Assembly: GCA_001600695.1 (NCBI GenBank)
Contig: BCKQ01000009.1
Coordinates: 419,225 to 483,224 of the forward strand
Direction of reading: 5' to 3'
DNA length: 64,000 nucleotides
Source of the DNA: Ascoidea asiatica JCM 7603
Taxonomy: Eukaryota > Fungi > Ascomycota
Shown here: piece by piece, positions 11,545-23,461 of the stretch
How positions within the stretch are numbered: the first letter of the stretch is position 1
Layout: each line of letters opens with the position of its first letter
Notes under the pieces: generated by a model
The model's database searches: none
What the model was told of the DNA's origin: nothing
Seen by the model: the letters and a program-made list of their open reading frames with translations, nothing else
Position numbers and translations under genes: made by a program

Positions 11545-12552
11545 TCATCTAGTTGGATATGGTAAGATTCTATGAATTCTCTGAGTGATTTCTAAATAAT
11601 CAGGTTCATTTTCTGGAGTGATGAAACCTTTTCTAATTAAAAAATCAATAATAACAATTGCACAATTTGGTTTAAATTGTTTAGCTTTTAAATTTTCAAA
11701 AACTTCATTTAAATTCATTAATTTAAAACTTTCAACTTCATTATCATTTGGTTTTGGAATATTAATTAAATCATTTTCATTAAATTTTAAGTCATAAATA
11801 TATTCAACTTCAGGTTGAATATTTGAAATTTTTTCAAAATTATCAAAATTTTTATAAATATATGATAAAACTCCAGTTGATTTAATATTTTTTTCAACAA
11901 AATCTTGAGATAAACTACCTTCTTCTTCACATTCTTTGATCAAAGTTTCATATATTCCATATGGATATCCTAAACCACCAGCTACTGTATTATCTAACAT
12001 TGAAGGATATGTTTGTTTATTTTTAGATCTTTTTGAAATCCATAATTTAATTTCATTATTTTTTGATAATTCTTTTGGTACATATCCATTTATATGAACA
12101 CCATATGTAATTACACCAAAATATACACTAAATGATCTTTCAATTAAAAAATATGGAGTTTTTGTAGGATAATTAATTAAATAATTTTCATTTCTCCATT
12201 TTTTTTTTAAATTTTTAAAAATTTCATTATTTAAATCTCTTGAATATTTTGATAATTCTTTAAACATTAAATTTCTTTTTTCAAATGAATTGAATTTTTC
12301 ATTAATTTGACATAATTTTTTTTCATCATTAATGATTAAATAATTTTTTTCAGGTTCATAAATTAATGGAATTTGTTTTAATTGATTTATAACTTCATTT
12401 GTAATATGTCCAATAACTTGTTTTGAATCATGAGTTAAAAATTTATAAGTTTCATTTAAAAATTGTGAATAATTTGATTCTTGATAAGAATATGGAACTA
12501 TATCAACCTCATTAACCAAATCAATTAGTTTCACATTACTCTCTTTAATCAT
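11545..12552 (-). CDS. Nudix hydrolase, YJR142W/Tnr3-N-terminal-like
   Basis: FGVITYGVHINGY, WISKRSKNKQTYPSMLDNTVAGG, Nudix box KECEEEGSL, QPEVEYIYDL and FKPNCAIVIIDFLIRKG. Confidence 0.9.
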   Translation of the reverse strand: MIKESNVKLIDLVNEVDIVPYSYQESNYSQFLNETYKFLTHDSKQVIGHITNEVINQLKQIPLIYEPEKNYLIINDEKKLCQINEKFNSFEKRNLMFKELSKYSRDLNNEIFKNLKKKWRNENYLINYPTKTPYFLIERSFSVYFGVITYGVHINGYVPKELSKNNEIKLWISKRSKNKQTYPSMLDNTVAGGLGYPYGIYETLIKECEEEGSLSQDFVEKNIKSTGVLSYIYKNFDNFEKISNIQPEVEYIYDLKFNENDLINIPKPNDNEVESFKLMNLNEVFENLKAKQFKPNCAIVIIDFLIRKGFITPENEPDYLEITQRIHRILPYPTR

Positions 12553-13056
12553 TTTATTCCAGTTTTTGTTTTTATTCTCAATTTATATATTGGTAAATAA
12601 GAATTTGAACCTAATATTATCTAAAGTACTTTGATTCTGCTTGATTTAAATCTAAAGTTCATGAAAATCTATCGTAAAGCACTGGTATTTTTCTTAATTA
12701 TAGGACAGTAGTGCTATTTATTAGGACTCTTATAGTGTATATTTAGGACATTTTCTAAATTAATATATGGTCACATGATAGTATAAAAATTTCCATATTT
12801 TTCCGTTGGGGTGTATCCGAAGTGCGGATATCACTCCAATTCCTGGATTTATTTACTAGGGTACTGTATTGTTTACAAAGGAACTGCTTTGTTTTTTGCC
12901 GTTCTTTGGTCTTTAACGTTATTTCACTGCAAAACTTATTTCTTAAATTATTTAATTTATTGATGAGATTGAATCTTTTGAAAAGCAAAAAAAACATACA
13001 CAAAAAGTTTTCAAATATAATTGTATTCATTCAATTGTTGAGAAGTTTGTGTGCAG

Positions 13057-16000
13057 ATGAACAAACAAGAATATAGGAATCAAGATGAAAGAGATGAGGA
13101 ATCATCAAGTTCTATTTCTTTGAGAAAAAAAAGAGGAAGACCAAGAAGATCTTCTTTAATCCCAGATGATTCTTCCTCCAATTCCAATTCTAATAATACT
13201 TCAGCAACAGTCTTAGAAAATAAAAGATTTTTAAGAAAAAGGAGGCGCATAACCGAAGAAGAAGATGATGATGAAAATACTATTAATAATAATGATGATG
13301 ATAATGATATTGATTATAATAATAATAATAAAAATGAACAAAATTCAATTAAGAAATATTCAAGAATAAAAAAAATTAATCTTAAATTAAATCCACCAAA
13401 AATTGAACCTTTAAATCCATCTCAAATAATTCATCCTGTTTATAATAATTTTAATGATTATTTAAATTCTTTTAAATTCTTAGATAATGAAGTTTCAATA
13501 AATGAATTTAATAATGAAATTTCATCAAAATCAATATTATTAAAAAAAATAAAATTTGCTTTAACAAATAATATTTTAACTTTAAATGAAAAAAATAATA
13601 ATGAATTAATAAAAATTCCAAAATTAAAACCATTTCAAGATCCAATTAAATTTTCTCAATTAAATCATTATGATCATTTATTAGCTCATGGTATAAAATT
13701 ATCAAAAATTTTTCAAAATGAAAGAAAAAGAAAAATTTTAGGTAATAAAAAAATTTCTCAAATGATTCAAGTTCATTTTAATAGATTAAAAAATTATAAA
13801 AAAAATGAAAAAAAATTAATTTTAAAAAAAAAACAAGATCATGCAAAATTAATTATGAGATTAATTAAATCTCAATGGAAAAAAGCTGAAAAAGCATATA
13901 AAATAATTTTAGAATCAAGAAAAAAAAAAGATCAAATTAAAAAAAGTGATTTTAATATGCAAAAAATTGTTATGGAATCTCAATTAAGAACAGTAGAACA
14001 TGTAATGAAATTAAATTTAGAAAATAATAAATCAAATGAACAAAGCTCCGAATCTGATTCTGATTCAAACACAAACTCCGATTCAGATTCAGATTCAGAT
14101 CTAGATTCGGATTCCAAAAGTAATTCGAGCCAAAATTTGAATAATAAAATAACCAATAGTTCTAAAGTTGATTCATATCTCGGGTCAGATTTAGAATCAT
14201 CCTCAAGTTCGGACTTGGATTCTCATTCCGATTCTAATACCTATTCAAATAAAGGTCATATAAATAAAAATATTAATGGTACATCTATTAAAAACAAAGA
14301 AAAAATTGAAAATTTATACTCAAAGGAAGAAAAAATATTAATAGAGGAAATTGAAAATGATTCTAAAATTTCCATTTTAGATAGTGATGAATCTCAAACA
14401 TCCGATGAATCTGAATCTGATTTAGATTCTGAGAATTCATTTGAACCATCTTCAAGTGGCTCTGATTCTTCGGATGAAAAAGTTAAAGGTTTAGCATCTT
14501 TGTATAATGATGATTCTATTCAAACTTCGAGAGTTGATTTCAAAAATAGCAAAAACCTATATTCGTCAGAGGAACAAAAGATTATAAACCAAGCTATGGA
14601 TTCAGAGTTTGATCCGATATTAGATAGTGATGATGATATTGATGAGGAATCCTCATCTGAATCCGAACTAGGTTCTTCTTCTAATAATGAATATAGTGAT
14701 GATAACGAAATTATGATAGAAAGTGAATTACCTCCAAATGGTTTAGCTTCTTTATATGAAGATTCTAATGACCGAGAAAATGATGAAGAATTTATCATCA
14801 AAAGTAAAAAATTTGATAAAACAAATGATAATCAATCCGTCCACACAAATTCTCAAAAAGATACTGAAAAAGTTACTGATAGTTCAGCTAATGACTCCAT
14901 AAAAAAGGTTAGTGACCCAACGCTGGCCCAAAATAAAATTCTTAATAAAGAAAAGTATGACACTAAAATGGTAGAAGATCAGAAAAAAGGGACTACTACT
15001 TCTTTACTGACTAACAACAATAATATAAAAGGTAAAATTGCAGAGAAAGTTGATTTTCAAGAAACAAGTATAGTTAAAGATTCCTTTGATGAAATGCAAA
15101 ATGAAGAAAATTCCAAAAATAAAGAAGAACTTAAAGAAGAACTTAAAGAAGAATCTAAAGAAAAATCTAAAGAAGAATTTAAAGAACATAAAGAAGAGAT
15201 TAGAGAAGAAAATAACCGGTCATCTATACCAGATGTTCCTACACCTAGTTTATTAAGAGGTACCTTACGAATTTATCAAAAGCAGGGTCTTAATTGGCTC
15301 GCAAGTTTATATAATACAAATACAAATGGAATTTTGGCAGATGAAATGGGATTGGGCAAGACAATTCAAACAATTTCATTAATTTGTTATTTGGCTTGTG
15401 AAAAACATAATTGGGGTCCTCATTTAATTATTGTTCCAACTTCAGTCATGCTAAATTGGGAAATGGAGTTCAAAAGATTTGCCCCAGGATTCAAAGTTCT
15501 TACATATTATGGAAATCCACAACAACGAAAAGATAAAAGAAAAGGATGGAATAAACCTAATGCTTTTCATGTTTGTATTACTTCTTATCAGTTGGTTTTA
15601 CATGATCATCAGTCTTTTAGAAGAAAAAAATGGGTTTACATGATACTAGATGAAGCTCATAATATTAAAAATTTCAAGAGTCAACGATGGACATCCTTAT
15701 TGAATTTTAATACAGAACATCGACTATTATTAACTGGTACGCCATTGCAAAATAATATAGGAGAATTATGGTCCTTATTGTACTTTTTAATGCCTTCTTC
15801 TAAAGGAAATTTAAATATGCCTGATGGATTCGCCAATCTTCAAGACTTTCAGCAATGGTTTGGAAGACCTGTTGACAAAATGATAGAATCAAATAATTCT
15901 CAAACCAAAGAAATTGTTAACAGATTACATCAAGTATTAAGACCTTACTTATTGAGAAGACTTAAAATTGATGTGGAAAAGCAAATGCCTGCAAAATATG

Positions 16001-17784
16001 AGCATATTATTTACTGTAGACTTTCTAAAAGACAGCGGTTTTTATATGATGATTTTATGAGTAGGGCTAAAACAAAGGAGACTTTATCTTCTGGTAATTT
16101 TCTTTCTATTATAAATTGTTTGATGCAACTCAGAAAAGTTTGTAATCATCCAGATTTATTTGAAGTTAGGCGAGTTGCAACACCGTTCGCTTTAGAAGAA
16201 TCAGTATCTGCTGATTTTGAGATTAAAGATCTAATTGTGAGAAAAAATTTAATTAAAATTATTGACGATACCAAAGTTGGTCTATCATTTTTGAATTTAA
16301 TCCCTTCTGAAAATGAAGAAATGAGTTTGAATGTTTGTAAAAGCATTTCAAGATTGAATGGTAATAAGTTTTTGAAGGAAGAAATTTCTAAATTGAGTGA
16401 TCTGATACTAAAGCCTGTTGAGCCAAACTATGAAGATATTCATAAATATTATGAGTTTGTTAAGTATATGGAAGATAAAAGTGAAGTGGATCATATGAAT
16501 CATATTGCTTATATTAATCAACTAAGATGTAATAAAAGGCCCATTTATGGTGAAAACTTAATTTCATTATTAAAAACCAAGAAACTTAAAAATTATGAGA
16601 AAATAAGTAAGGAATTTCTTGAACCAGAAAGCTACAAAGAAATTTGTAAGCCAGTAATTAAAAAGCTTGATTTAATGAATGATATTATTGATAGGTTTTG
16701 TTTTGTAATGCCTTCTGCGGTTGCCTTAGATATGCCATCTCGAGTGATACCTGAAGAAACTCAAAAACTTATTGAATATTCCGGCATAGAAAATCCTTGT
16801 CACTTGATTCAAACTAGATTATCTATAGGTTTCCCGGATAAAAGTTTATTGCAATACGATTGTGGGAAATTACAAAAATTATCAATTCTTTTACAAGAAC
16901 TAAAGGAAGGAGGTCATAGAGTTTTAATCTTCACACAAATGACGAAAGTATTGGACATTCTTGAACAATTTTTAAATAATCTTGGATTTTTGTATATGCG
17001 ATTAGATGGGGCAACTAAAATTGAAGATAGGCAAATTTTAACAGAACGATTTAATAATGATAATAAAATCACTGCATTTATTTTATCTACAAGATCAGGA
17101 GGATTGGGAATCAATTTAACAGGTGCAGATACAGTTATATTTTATGATTCCGACTGGAATCCTGCAATGGATAAACAATGTCAAGATAGATGTCATCGAA
17201 TTGGACAAACAAGAGATGTTCATATTTATAGATTAGTAAGTGAGTTTACTATTGAAGAAAACATTATAAAAAAATCTACATTCAAGCAAAAGTTGGATAA
17301 TGTTGTAATTCAAGAAGGTGATTTTACAACGGATTATTTTAGTAGATTATCTATTTCTGATTTAATTGGGGAAAATAAAGATGATGATAAAGAAAAAGTT
17401 CAAGAAATGAAAATGAAAGATGATGATATTGGAATTAAAAACCTTGATCAAAAAAAGTTAATAGCATCATTAGCAATAGCAGAAGATGCGGAAGATGCTA
17501 ATGCAGCTAAAGAAGCTATAAAAGAAAATGAAGTTGATGAACAAGATTTCGACGAGGCTGCTACAAGATCAAGCACTCCAATGAGATCATTATCACCTTC
17601 CTCACCTGCTGAGGAACTGGCCGAAATAGAAAATATACCATCTATAGAAGAAGTTGTGACTAAAGCCGATATTGAAGTGAAATCTGATGATGAATTTGAA
17701 TATGAATTTATAAGTGACGAAGGTGTTGGACATATTGATAATTATATGCTCCGATTTATTGAAAATGGATATTATTTTGACTAA
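13057..17784 (+). CDS. SWR1: Swr1 SNF2-family chromatin remodelling ATPase (H2A.Z deposition)
   Basis: ATG at 13057. HSA-like N-terminal helix, GILADEMGLGKT, LDEAHNIKNF, split-ATPase insertion, FPDKSLLQYDCGKLQ and WNPAMDKQCQDRCHRIGQTRDV. Confidence 0.97.
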   Translation: MNKQEYRNQDERDEESSSSISLRKKRGRPRRSSLIPDDSSSNSNSNNTSATVLENKRFLRKRRRITEEEDDDENTINNNDDDNDIDYNNNNKNEQNSIKKYSRIKKINLKLNPPKIEPLNPSQIIHPVYNNFNDYLNSFKFLDNEVSINEFNNEISSKSILLKKIKFALTNNILTLNEKNNNELIKIPKLKPFQDPIKFSQLNHYDHLLAHGIKLSKIFQNERKRKILGNKKISQMIQVHFNRLKNYKKNEKKLILKKKQDHAKLIMRLIKSQWKKAEKAYKIILESRKKKDQIKKSDFNMQKIVMESQLRTVEHVMKLNLENNKSNEQSSESDSDSNTNSDSDSDSDLDSDSKSNSSQNLNNKITNSSKVDSYLGSDLESSSSSDLDSHSDSNTYSNKGHINKNINGTSIKNKEKIENLYSKEEKILIEEIENDSKISILDSDESQTSDESESDLDSENSFEPSSSGSDSSDEKVKGLASLYNDDSIQTSRVDFKNSKNLYSSEEQKIINQAMDSEFDPILDSDDDIDEESSSESELGSSSNNEYSDDNEIMIESELPPNGLASLYEDSNDRENDEEFIIKSKKFDKTNDNQSVHTNSQKDTEKVTDSSANDSIKKVSDPTLAQNKILNKEKYDTKMVEDQKKGTTTSLLTNNNNIKGKIAEKVDFQETSIVKDSFDEMQNEENSKNKEELKEELKEESKEKSKEEFKEHKEEIREENNRSSIPDVPTPSLLRGTLRIYQKQGLNWLASLYNTNTNGILADEMGLGKTIQTISLICYLACEKHNWGPHLIIVPTSVMLNWEMEFKRFAPGFKVLTYYGNPQQRKDKRKGWNKPNAFHVCITSYQLVLHDHQSFRRKKWVYMILDEAHNIKNFKSQRWTSLLNFNTEHRLLLTGTPLQNNIGELWSLLYFLMPSSKGNLNMPDGFANLQDFQQWFGRPVDKMIESNNSQTKEIVNRLHQVLRPYLLRRLKIDVEKQMPAKYEHIIYCRLSKRQRFLYDDFMSRAKTKETLSSGNFLSIINCLMQLRKVCNHPDLFEVRRVATPFALEESVSADFEIKDLIVRKNLIKIIDDTKVGLSFLNLIPSENEEMSLNVCKSISRLNGNKFLKEEISKLSDLILKPVEPNYEDIHKYYEFVKYMEDKSEVDHMNHIAYINQLRCNKRPIYGENLISLLKTKKLKNYEKISKEFLEPESYKEICKPVIKKLDLMNDIIDRFCFVMPSAVALDMPSRVIPEETQKLIEYSGIENPCHLIQTRLSIGFPDKSLLQYDCGKLQKLSILLQELKEGGHRVLIFTQMTKVLDILEQFLNNLGFLYMRLDGATKIEDRQILTERFNNDNKITAFILSTRSGGLGINLTGADTVIFYDSDWNPAMDKQCQDRCHRIGQTRDVHIYRLVSEFTIEENIIKKSTFKQKLDNVVIQEGDFTTDYFSRLSISDLIGENKDDDKEKVQEMKMKDDDIGIKNLDQKKLIASLAIAEDAEDANAAKEAIKENEVDEQDFDEAATRSSTPMRSLSPSSPAEELAEIENIPSIEEVVTKADIEVKSDDEFEYEFISDEGVGHIDNYMLRFIENGYYFD

Positions 17785-17927
17785 AGATGTAATAATTTAG
17801 TTTCAGTTTTGCTGAGATTTTAATGCTCAGGACAATAATATTATGTAAACTATTGTAATATATATATACGACTATATTGTCAATTGATTAATAAATAATA
17901 TTAATCATTATTTGTATTTATTAAAAC

Positions 17928-18470
17928 TTATTGAGGTTTTGAGTAGTTTAAAGTACCACAACTTTTACAAGTTCTTTTATTCAAATCACTATCAAATTCC
18001 ATAATACCTGCTTTTATTTGAGTACCTAAATCATAACAATAAAATTCTTTATTATAAACGATTTTTTTACAAGAAGGATTTGAACAATACCATCTAATTT
18101 GATCATTAACTCCCTTTGGTCTATCTTGTTCCAATACAATACCAATTGTATTTTCAAATCTCACAGGATTATGAGGAACATTTGATGGTAATAAAAATGA
18201 ATCACCTTCTTCTATTATAATATCTTTAAATTGATCAGTAATATTTTTACTATTTTCATCAGTATCTACTACTTTCAAACACATTGAACCTTTATACATA
18301 TAAAACCATTCAGGAGTTTGATTTACATGATAATCAGTTCTTTCATTTGGACCTCCAACTATCATGACAGTGAACCCACCTCTGTGAAGACAATAATTAT
18401 TAACTGGAGGTTGTAATAGATTTTCATTTTCTTTAACCCATTTATTAATATTTATTGGTTGAGGAAGCAT
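17928..18470 (-). CDS. BNA1: 3-hydroxyanthranilate 3,4-dioxygenase
   Basis: [36 protein letters not shown], and rubredoxin-like WYC..C and CKSCG motifs. Confidence 0.97.
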   Translation of the reverse strand: MLPQPININKWVKENENLLQPPVNNYCLHRGGFTVMIVGGPNERTDYHVNQTPEWFYMYKGSMCLKVVDTDENSKNITDQFKDIIIEEGDSFLLPSNVPHNPVRFENTIGIVLEQDRPKGVNDQIRWYCSNPSCKKIVYNKEFYCYDLGTQIKAGIMEFDSDLNKRTCKSCGTLNYSKPQ

Positions 18471-19362
18471 TTTAGGTGATTATACAATACCAGTATATTA
18501 ATTTTGAAATCTTTAGTGATGCAAAATTATAGCAGAATTCAATAATTTTAGTAAATTTAATTTTAATGATTATTTGTTAATGAAGAAAATAGAAGTTCAG
18601 ATTAAAAATATTATTAGTAACAATATTATTATAATTATTTATAATTCAAGTAATTTGTTGAATTTTTATTGCTCTATTTCCGAAAAAATTAGAAATCAGT
18701 CGATTTCATATTTCGATAACCATATAACTGGTTTCAAATCCTTTTTTGTAAATATTTCTTTTTAAACCCGATCTTTTTTTTGAAAATCCTTAATTACGCA
18801 CCCCGATTTTCAGGTCACCTGGTTACCCGGACACTTTCGATTTTTGTTATTGTTTTTTTGTTTTACTAAATCCCACCTCTTTACCTAAACTTTAAATTGT
18901 TAACTAAATGAGCCACCAAATATTTGTTTCAGGTAATATTCTAAAAGTAAACCGGGGGTTCTAAGTAAATAATTTAGTCGGAATGTATGTTTTGTTAAGA
19001 AAATCACAATTTCTTTTCAAGTTATTATAGAAGCCTTAGTTTTACAATGATATATTTTAGATAGTTCATTATTAATTAAATTATTGAGAAAATGTGGAGA
19101 TACCAAAATAACGTTGAATCACAAAAAAAACAATTAAATTAAACAATCAAAAGATAGTTTTATCTCTTGATTTCAATGAGTATAAATTAGACTGAAAAGA
19201 AGCTCTATAATGTTATATGTTTTATCATATTTTGAATTTAAGTTTATATTTATAATTGTATTATATAGTATTGTATTGTAATATTTTATTATATTATATT
19301 ATTGATTGTATATTGATAGTAAGTCATTGATAGTAAATTATCAATAGATTTTATTAAATTAT

Positions 19363-19920
19363 TTATGGAAACCAAAGTTTTAAGAAAATTTGAGTAAAAC
19401 CTATATCATGAACTTCCATTTCATAAATACCTATTAAACTCATTAAAGAACCGATACCTAATAATCTTAAAGCAGCGAAATGTAATTTACCATAAACTCT
19501 TCTTGGTATATAATCAATTATACAACTTGTAAAACCAGCATGACAATGAACTAAAAGAAGTATACAAAGTAAAGAATCTACTAAAGGATTTAAAGAACCA
19601 TAAGTAAAAGGAGCAATAGTTAATGGAATTAAAGATAAACCACCTAATCTTTCAATTGACCAATGTCTTGAACCTTCAAATGGATCACTTTGTGGTGGAA
19701 TATAAGCATCATTTACTGTACCAATAATAAAACCTGGTGGTTGAGTTTTTTTAATTGAACCAAAATTTTTTTTTAATAATGAATTTTTTAAAATCAAAGA
19801 ATTTAATGGAATTGAATTTAATTTTGATGATTTTAAAATTGAAGAATTTGTATATAATAAATTTTTTGAAATATTATTATTTATAGATCTTGATAGACCT
19901 AAAGATGATCTAGAAAACAT
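19363..19920 (-). CDS. SDH4: Succinate dehydrogenase membrane anchor (CybS; Sdh4/Tim18 family)
   Basis: ATG at 19920 gives a mitochondrial presequence (MFSRSSLGLSR). QPPGFIIGTVNDAY, EGSRHWSIER and HCHAGFTSCIIDYIP. A Tim18/Shh4 paralogue is not excluded. Confidence 0.88.
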   Translation of the reverse strand: MFSRSSLGLSRSINNNISKNLLYTNSSILKSSKLNSIPLNSLILKNSLLKKNFGSIKKTQPPGFIIGTVNDAYIPPQSDPFEGSRHWSIERLGGLSLIPLTIAPFTYGSLNPLVDSLLCILLLVHCHAGFTSCIIDYIPRRVYGKLHFAALRLLGIGSLMSLIGIYEMEVHDIGFTQIFLKLWFP

Positions 19921-21326
19921 TTTTGAATAATAATAATAATAAAAATAATATAATTTTAACGAATATAAAATACTATCAATGAATATTATCAAAGATGTGA
20001 TGAAGAATATAAATCTAAATAAAAATGGGATTGAATATGAATTATGAACAATAAATTTATGATGTTAATGAGAATATTAGATAGTATTATTTTAGAATTT
20101 TATTTAATAATAAGAATTAGATATGAATATAGATTAATGTATGGGATAATAGGCAGATTGCAGCTATTCGAGTATCATCTGGTATATGATTTGCCTGTTT
20201 TCTCAGTACCATAATCAGTGGTTTAGTAGTTACGCAGTACCGTAGTAGTGGAGCCTTAAAATGGCACAGTCACTGGAGCTGTTGCAATGTAAATAGCGCA
20301 TTACCGCGCGGACTTACTAAGAATTATAGCGTAGACGATGATTGGCTAATAATTACAGGAGTTTGGGCTCCGGGCTCGCTTCGGAGATCCGCTGCAAATA
20401 TTACACTCGCCACTTGACTACGCCATTTATCACGCCACAAAACTATTAAAATAAAAAATAAAAGCATAGATCCATAAAAGTGGTCTTATTTTTTTAAAGC
20501 ATGTGCACTTACATAATTACTTTACTTATAAGTTCCCTGAGTTGGGAGGGGATAAGAGGACCCTTTATCCGGCGCAGACAGGCGAGCTCAGAGAGTCAAA
20601 GAGAGAGAACACGGCTAAGGGCAGCGCATACCCGCTCCAGCTGCCAAACAAAATCCCACCAACAGCTTCTTTCTCTCTTTCTCTCTTTCTCTGTGTTTGT
20701 TCCCCACGTTTTGATATTCGGATGTAAAGAAGACAATTCAAAAGAAAAACTGAGAATAAGAATAAAGAAAGAAAGAAAAGAAAATTTCAGTAGGAATATT
20801 CAATTCCTTTAAATATTTGAAAAGAAACAAAGACTCAATTTTTCATTTACAAAAAAGAGTAACAGTTAAGCTGCCACTGTTTTTAATAGCTTGGTTCTAT
20901 CAATGGTTAAAGCACTAACACTTAAAGTAATACTAATAATATTAACAACTACAAACAGTGCCAGTGAGTATGATTCTGGTTCTGATTCTGGATCTTTTGA
21001 GATTATTTCCAGGCTCATCTTTTTTTTGTTTATTCTCTTTTCTCTGATACTTTTCACAATATTCATTGGTTTGTTTTACTTCAATTTATTGTATTCTACT
21101 TTATAACTTATTCCATTCTCGCTTTACCTAAAATTATCATTTATTTCTAAATCATTTGCCATTTACTTCTGATTTCTTTTCAATTTTAATTCTTTATATA
21201 AATATTATTCATCTTCTTTAATTCTTAAATTCTTTATCTTATTATATTTTATTCCATGTTTTCTATATTTAATTTATCCATTTAAATTTGAGTAATTTTA
21301 AACTAACCAATTATTTTTTTGAAAAA

Positions 21327-23123
21327 ATGTTTAAAACTTCTTTAAAGTTTTCTAAAATTTCAACTTTATCTTTAAAATCAAATTTGAAATCAAATTTAAA
21401 TTCAAATTTAAATTCAAATTTTATAATACTCAATAGAAAAATGTCAAATATTTCAAATACTTCAGATACTTCAGATACTATCTCAAATGAAAAACTTTTA
21501 AATTTATCTAAATTTCCATATCCAACAATTAATGAAAATGATAAATATATAAATGATCAAGTAGAATTAATTGATAAATGGTTTAAAAGTCCAAGATATA
21601 AAGATATTAAAAGACCATATACTGCAAAAGATATTTTAAAACATAAAGGTACAATTAATATTAATTATCCATCTTCAATTCAAGCAAAAAAATTATTTAA
21701 TTTATTAAATTTTAAAAAAAAAAATAATTTACCTTTACATACAATTGGTTCAATAGATCCAATTCAAATGACTCAATCTGCAAAAAATCAAGAAATTGTT
21801 TATATTTCTGGTTGGGCATGTTCTTCAACTCTTACAACTACAAATGAAGTAAGTCCAGATTTTGGTGATTATCCTTATGATACTGTACCAAATCAAGTTC
21901 AAAGAATTTTTAAAGCTCAATTATTACATGATAAAAAATCTTGGAATGATTATATAATTAATAAAAAAAATAATCAAAATTATGAAAAAATAGATTATTT
22001 AAGACCAATTATTGCTGATGGTGATACTGGTCATGGTGGTTTAACTGCAGTAATGAAATTAGCTAAATTATTTGCTGAAAATGGTGCTGCTGCTATTCAT
22101 TTAGAAGATCAATTACATGGTGGTAAAAAATGTGGTCATTTATCTGGTAAAGTTATTGTACCAACTAATACTCATATTTCAAGATTAATTGCAACAAGAT
22201 TTCAATGGGATTTAATGAATTCAGAAAATTTATTAATTGCAAGAACTGATTCTGAAAGTGCAAATTTAATATCTTCTTCAATTGATCCAATGGATCATGA
22301 ATTTATTCAAGGTATTATTAAAAAAAATGTTAAACCATTAGCTCAAGTTTTATTTGAAGCTGAAAATAATAATTTAAATTCAATTGAAATTAATAAATTA
22401 GAATCAAATTGGCTTAATGAAAATAAATTATATACTTTTAAAGAAGCAATAAATTTAAAATTAAAATCTTTAAATAAAGAAAATTTATATAATTCAATTA
22501 TTGAAAAAACTAAAAATAAATCGATTTTTGATTCAAAAATAATTTTCAAAGAAATAACTGGCGGTGATGAAATTTTTTTTGATTGGGATTCTCCAAGAAC
22601 TAAAGAAGGTCATTATAATTTTAAAAGTGGTATAGAACCTGCAATTAAAAGAGCTTTAGCTTTTGCTCCATATGCTGAATTATTATGGTTAGAAACTAAA
22701 ACTCCAGATTTAAATTATGCAAAAAATTTTGCAAAACAAATTTTAGATAAATTTCCAAATAAATTCTTAGTTTATAATTTATCACCAAGTTTTAATTGGT
22801 TAGAACAAGGTTTTAATGAAACTGATTTAAAAAATTTTGTATTTGAATTAGCAAAAGTTGGTTTTACTTTACAATTAGTTTCTTTAGCTGGTATACATTC
22901 AAATGCTTTAGCAACTTGGAATTTATCAAATTCTTTTAAAGATAATGGTATGAAAGCATATGTTGATCTTGTTCAATCAAAAGAAAAAGAATCAAAATGT
23001 GATGTTTTCACTCATCAAAAATGGTCTGGAAATTCATATATGGATAGTATTATAAATACTATTCAATCTGGTTCTTCTCAAACAAGTTCAACAGGTAAAG
23101 ATTCAACTGAAAATAATTTTTAA
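21327..23123 (+). CDS. ICL2: Mitochondrial 2-methylisocitrate lyase
   Basis: ATG at 21327 with a presequence. Isocitrate lyase fold with KKCGHL and WLETKTP, the methylisocitrate lyase signatures (Icl1 has KKCGHM and WME). Confidence 0.93.
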   Translation: MFKTSLKFSKISTLSLKSNLKSNLNSNLNSNFIILNRKMSNISNTSDTSDTISNEKLLNLSKFPYPTINENDKYINDQVELIDKWFKSPRYKDIKRPYTAKDILKHKGTININYPSSIQAKKLFNLLNFKKKNNLPLHTIGSIDPIQMTQSAKNQEIVYISGWACSSTLTTTNEVSPDFGDYPYDTVPNQVQRIFKAQLLHDKKSWNDYIINKKNNQNYEKIDYLRPIIADGDTGHGGLTAVMKLAKLFAENGAAAIHLEDQLHGGKKCGHLSGKVIVPTNTHISRLIATRFQWDLMNSENLLIARTDSESANLISSSIDPMDHEFIQGIIKKNVKPLAQVLFEAENNNLNSIEINKLESNWLNENKLYTFKEAINLKLKSLNKENLYNSIIEKTKNKSIFDSKIIFKEITGGDEIFFDWDSPRTKEGHYNFKSGIEPAIKRALAFAPYAELLWLETKTPDLNYAKNFAKQILDKFPNKFLVYNLSPSFNWLEQGFNETDLKNFVFELAKVGFTLQLVSLAGIHSNALATWNLSNSFKDNGMKAYVDLVQSKEKESKCDVFTHQKWSGNSYMDSIINTIQSGSSQTSSTGKDSTENNF

Positions 23124-23461
23124 TTATAACTAAATTATATAATATTTAATATTTAATATACATTATACATTATACCTTTATTCCAAAATAAACCCTTAAA
23201 TTCACATAAGTTATCGTTAATATATTTTATTACCATTGCGGAATAAAATATTTCCATGCGACGGATAACGGTTGAAATCCACATAGAATTATTTTTTTTT
23301 AACTTTATTTTGGGATTTTTTCAAAATTTGAATGTAAAAAGAATATAAAAGATTTGATTCGTTTTAAATTTCAATTTATTCATTTCAGAAGAATAAGAAT
23401 TGAATGATAAAAATAATTGAAATTTCAATAAATTTGAAATAATGTTAATATTAATATTATT

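Noticed and set aside
18985-18990. GTATGT as a 5' splice site
   Set aside because: No downstream TACTAAC and no plus-strand exon; the flanking genes are on the minus strand.
20501-20812. Short ORFs in GC-rich intergenic patches (also 25154-25716, 46985-47278, 50317-50616, 12755-13076)
   Set aside because: No recognisable domains, many start at non-ATG codons, and they are explained by locally high GC in promoters.
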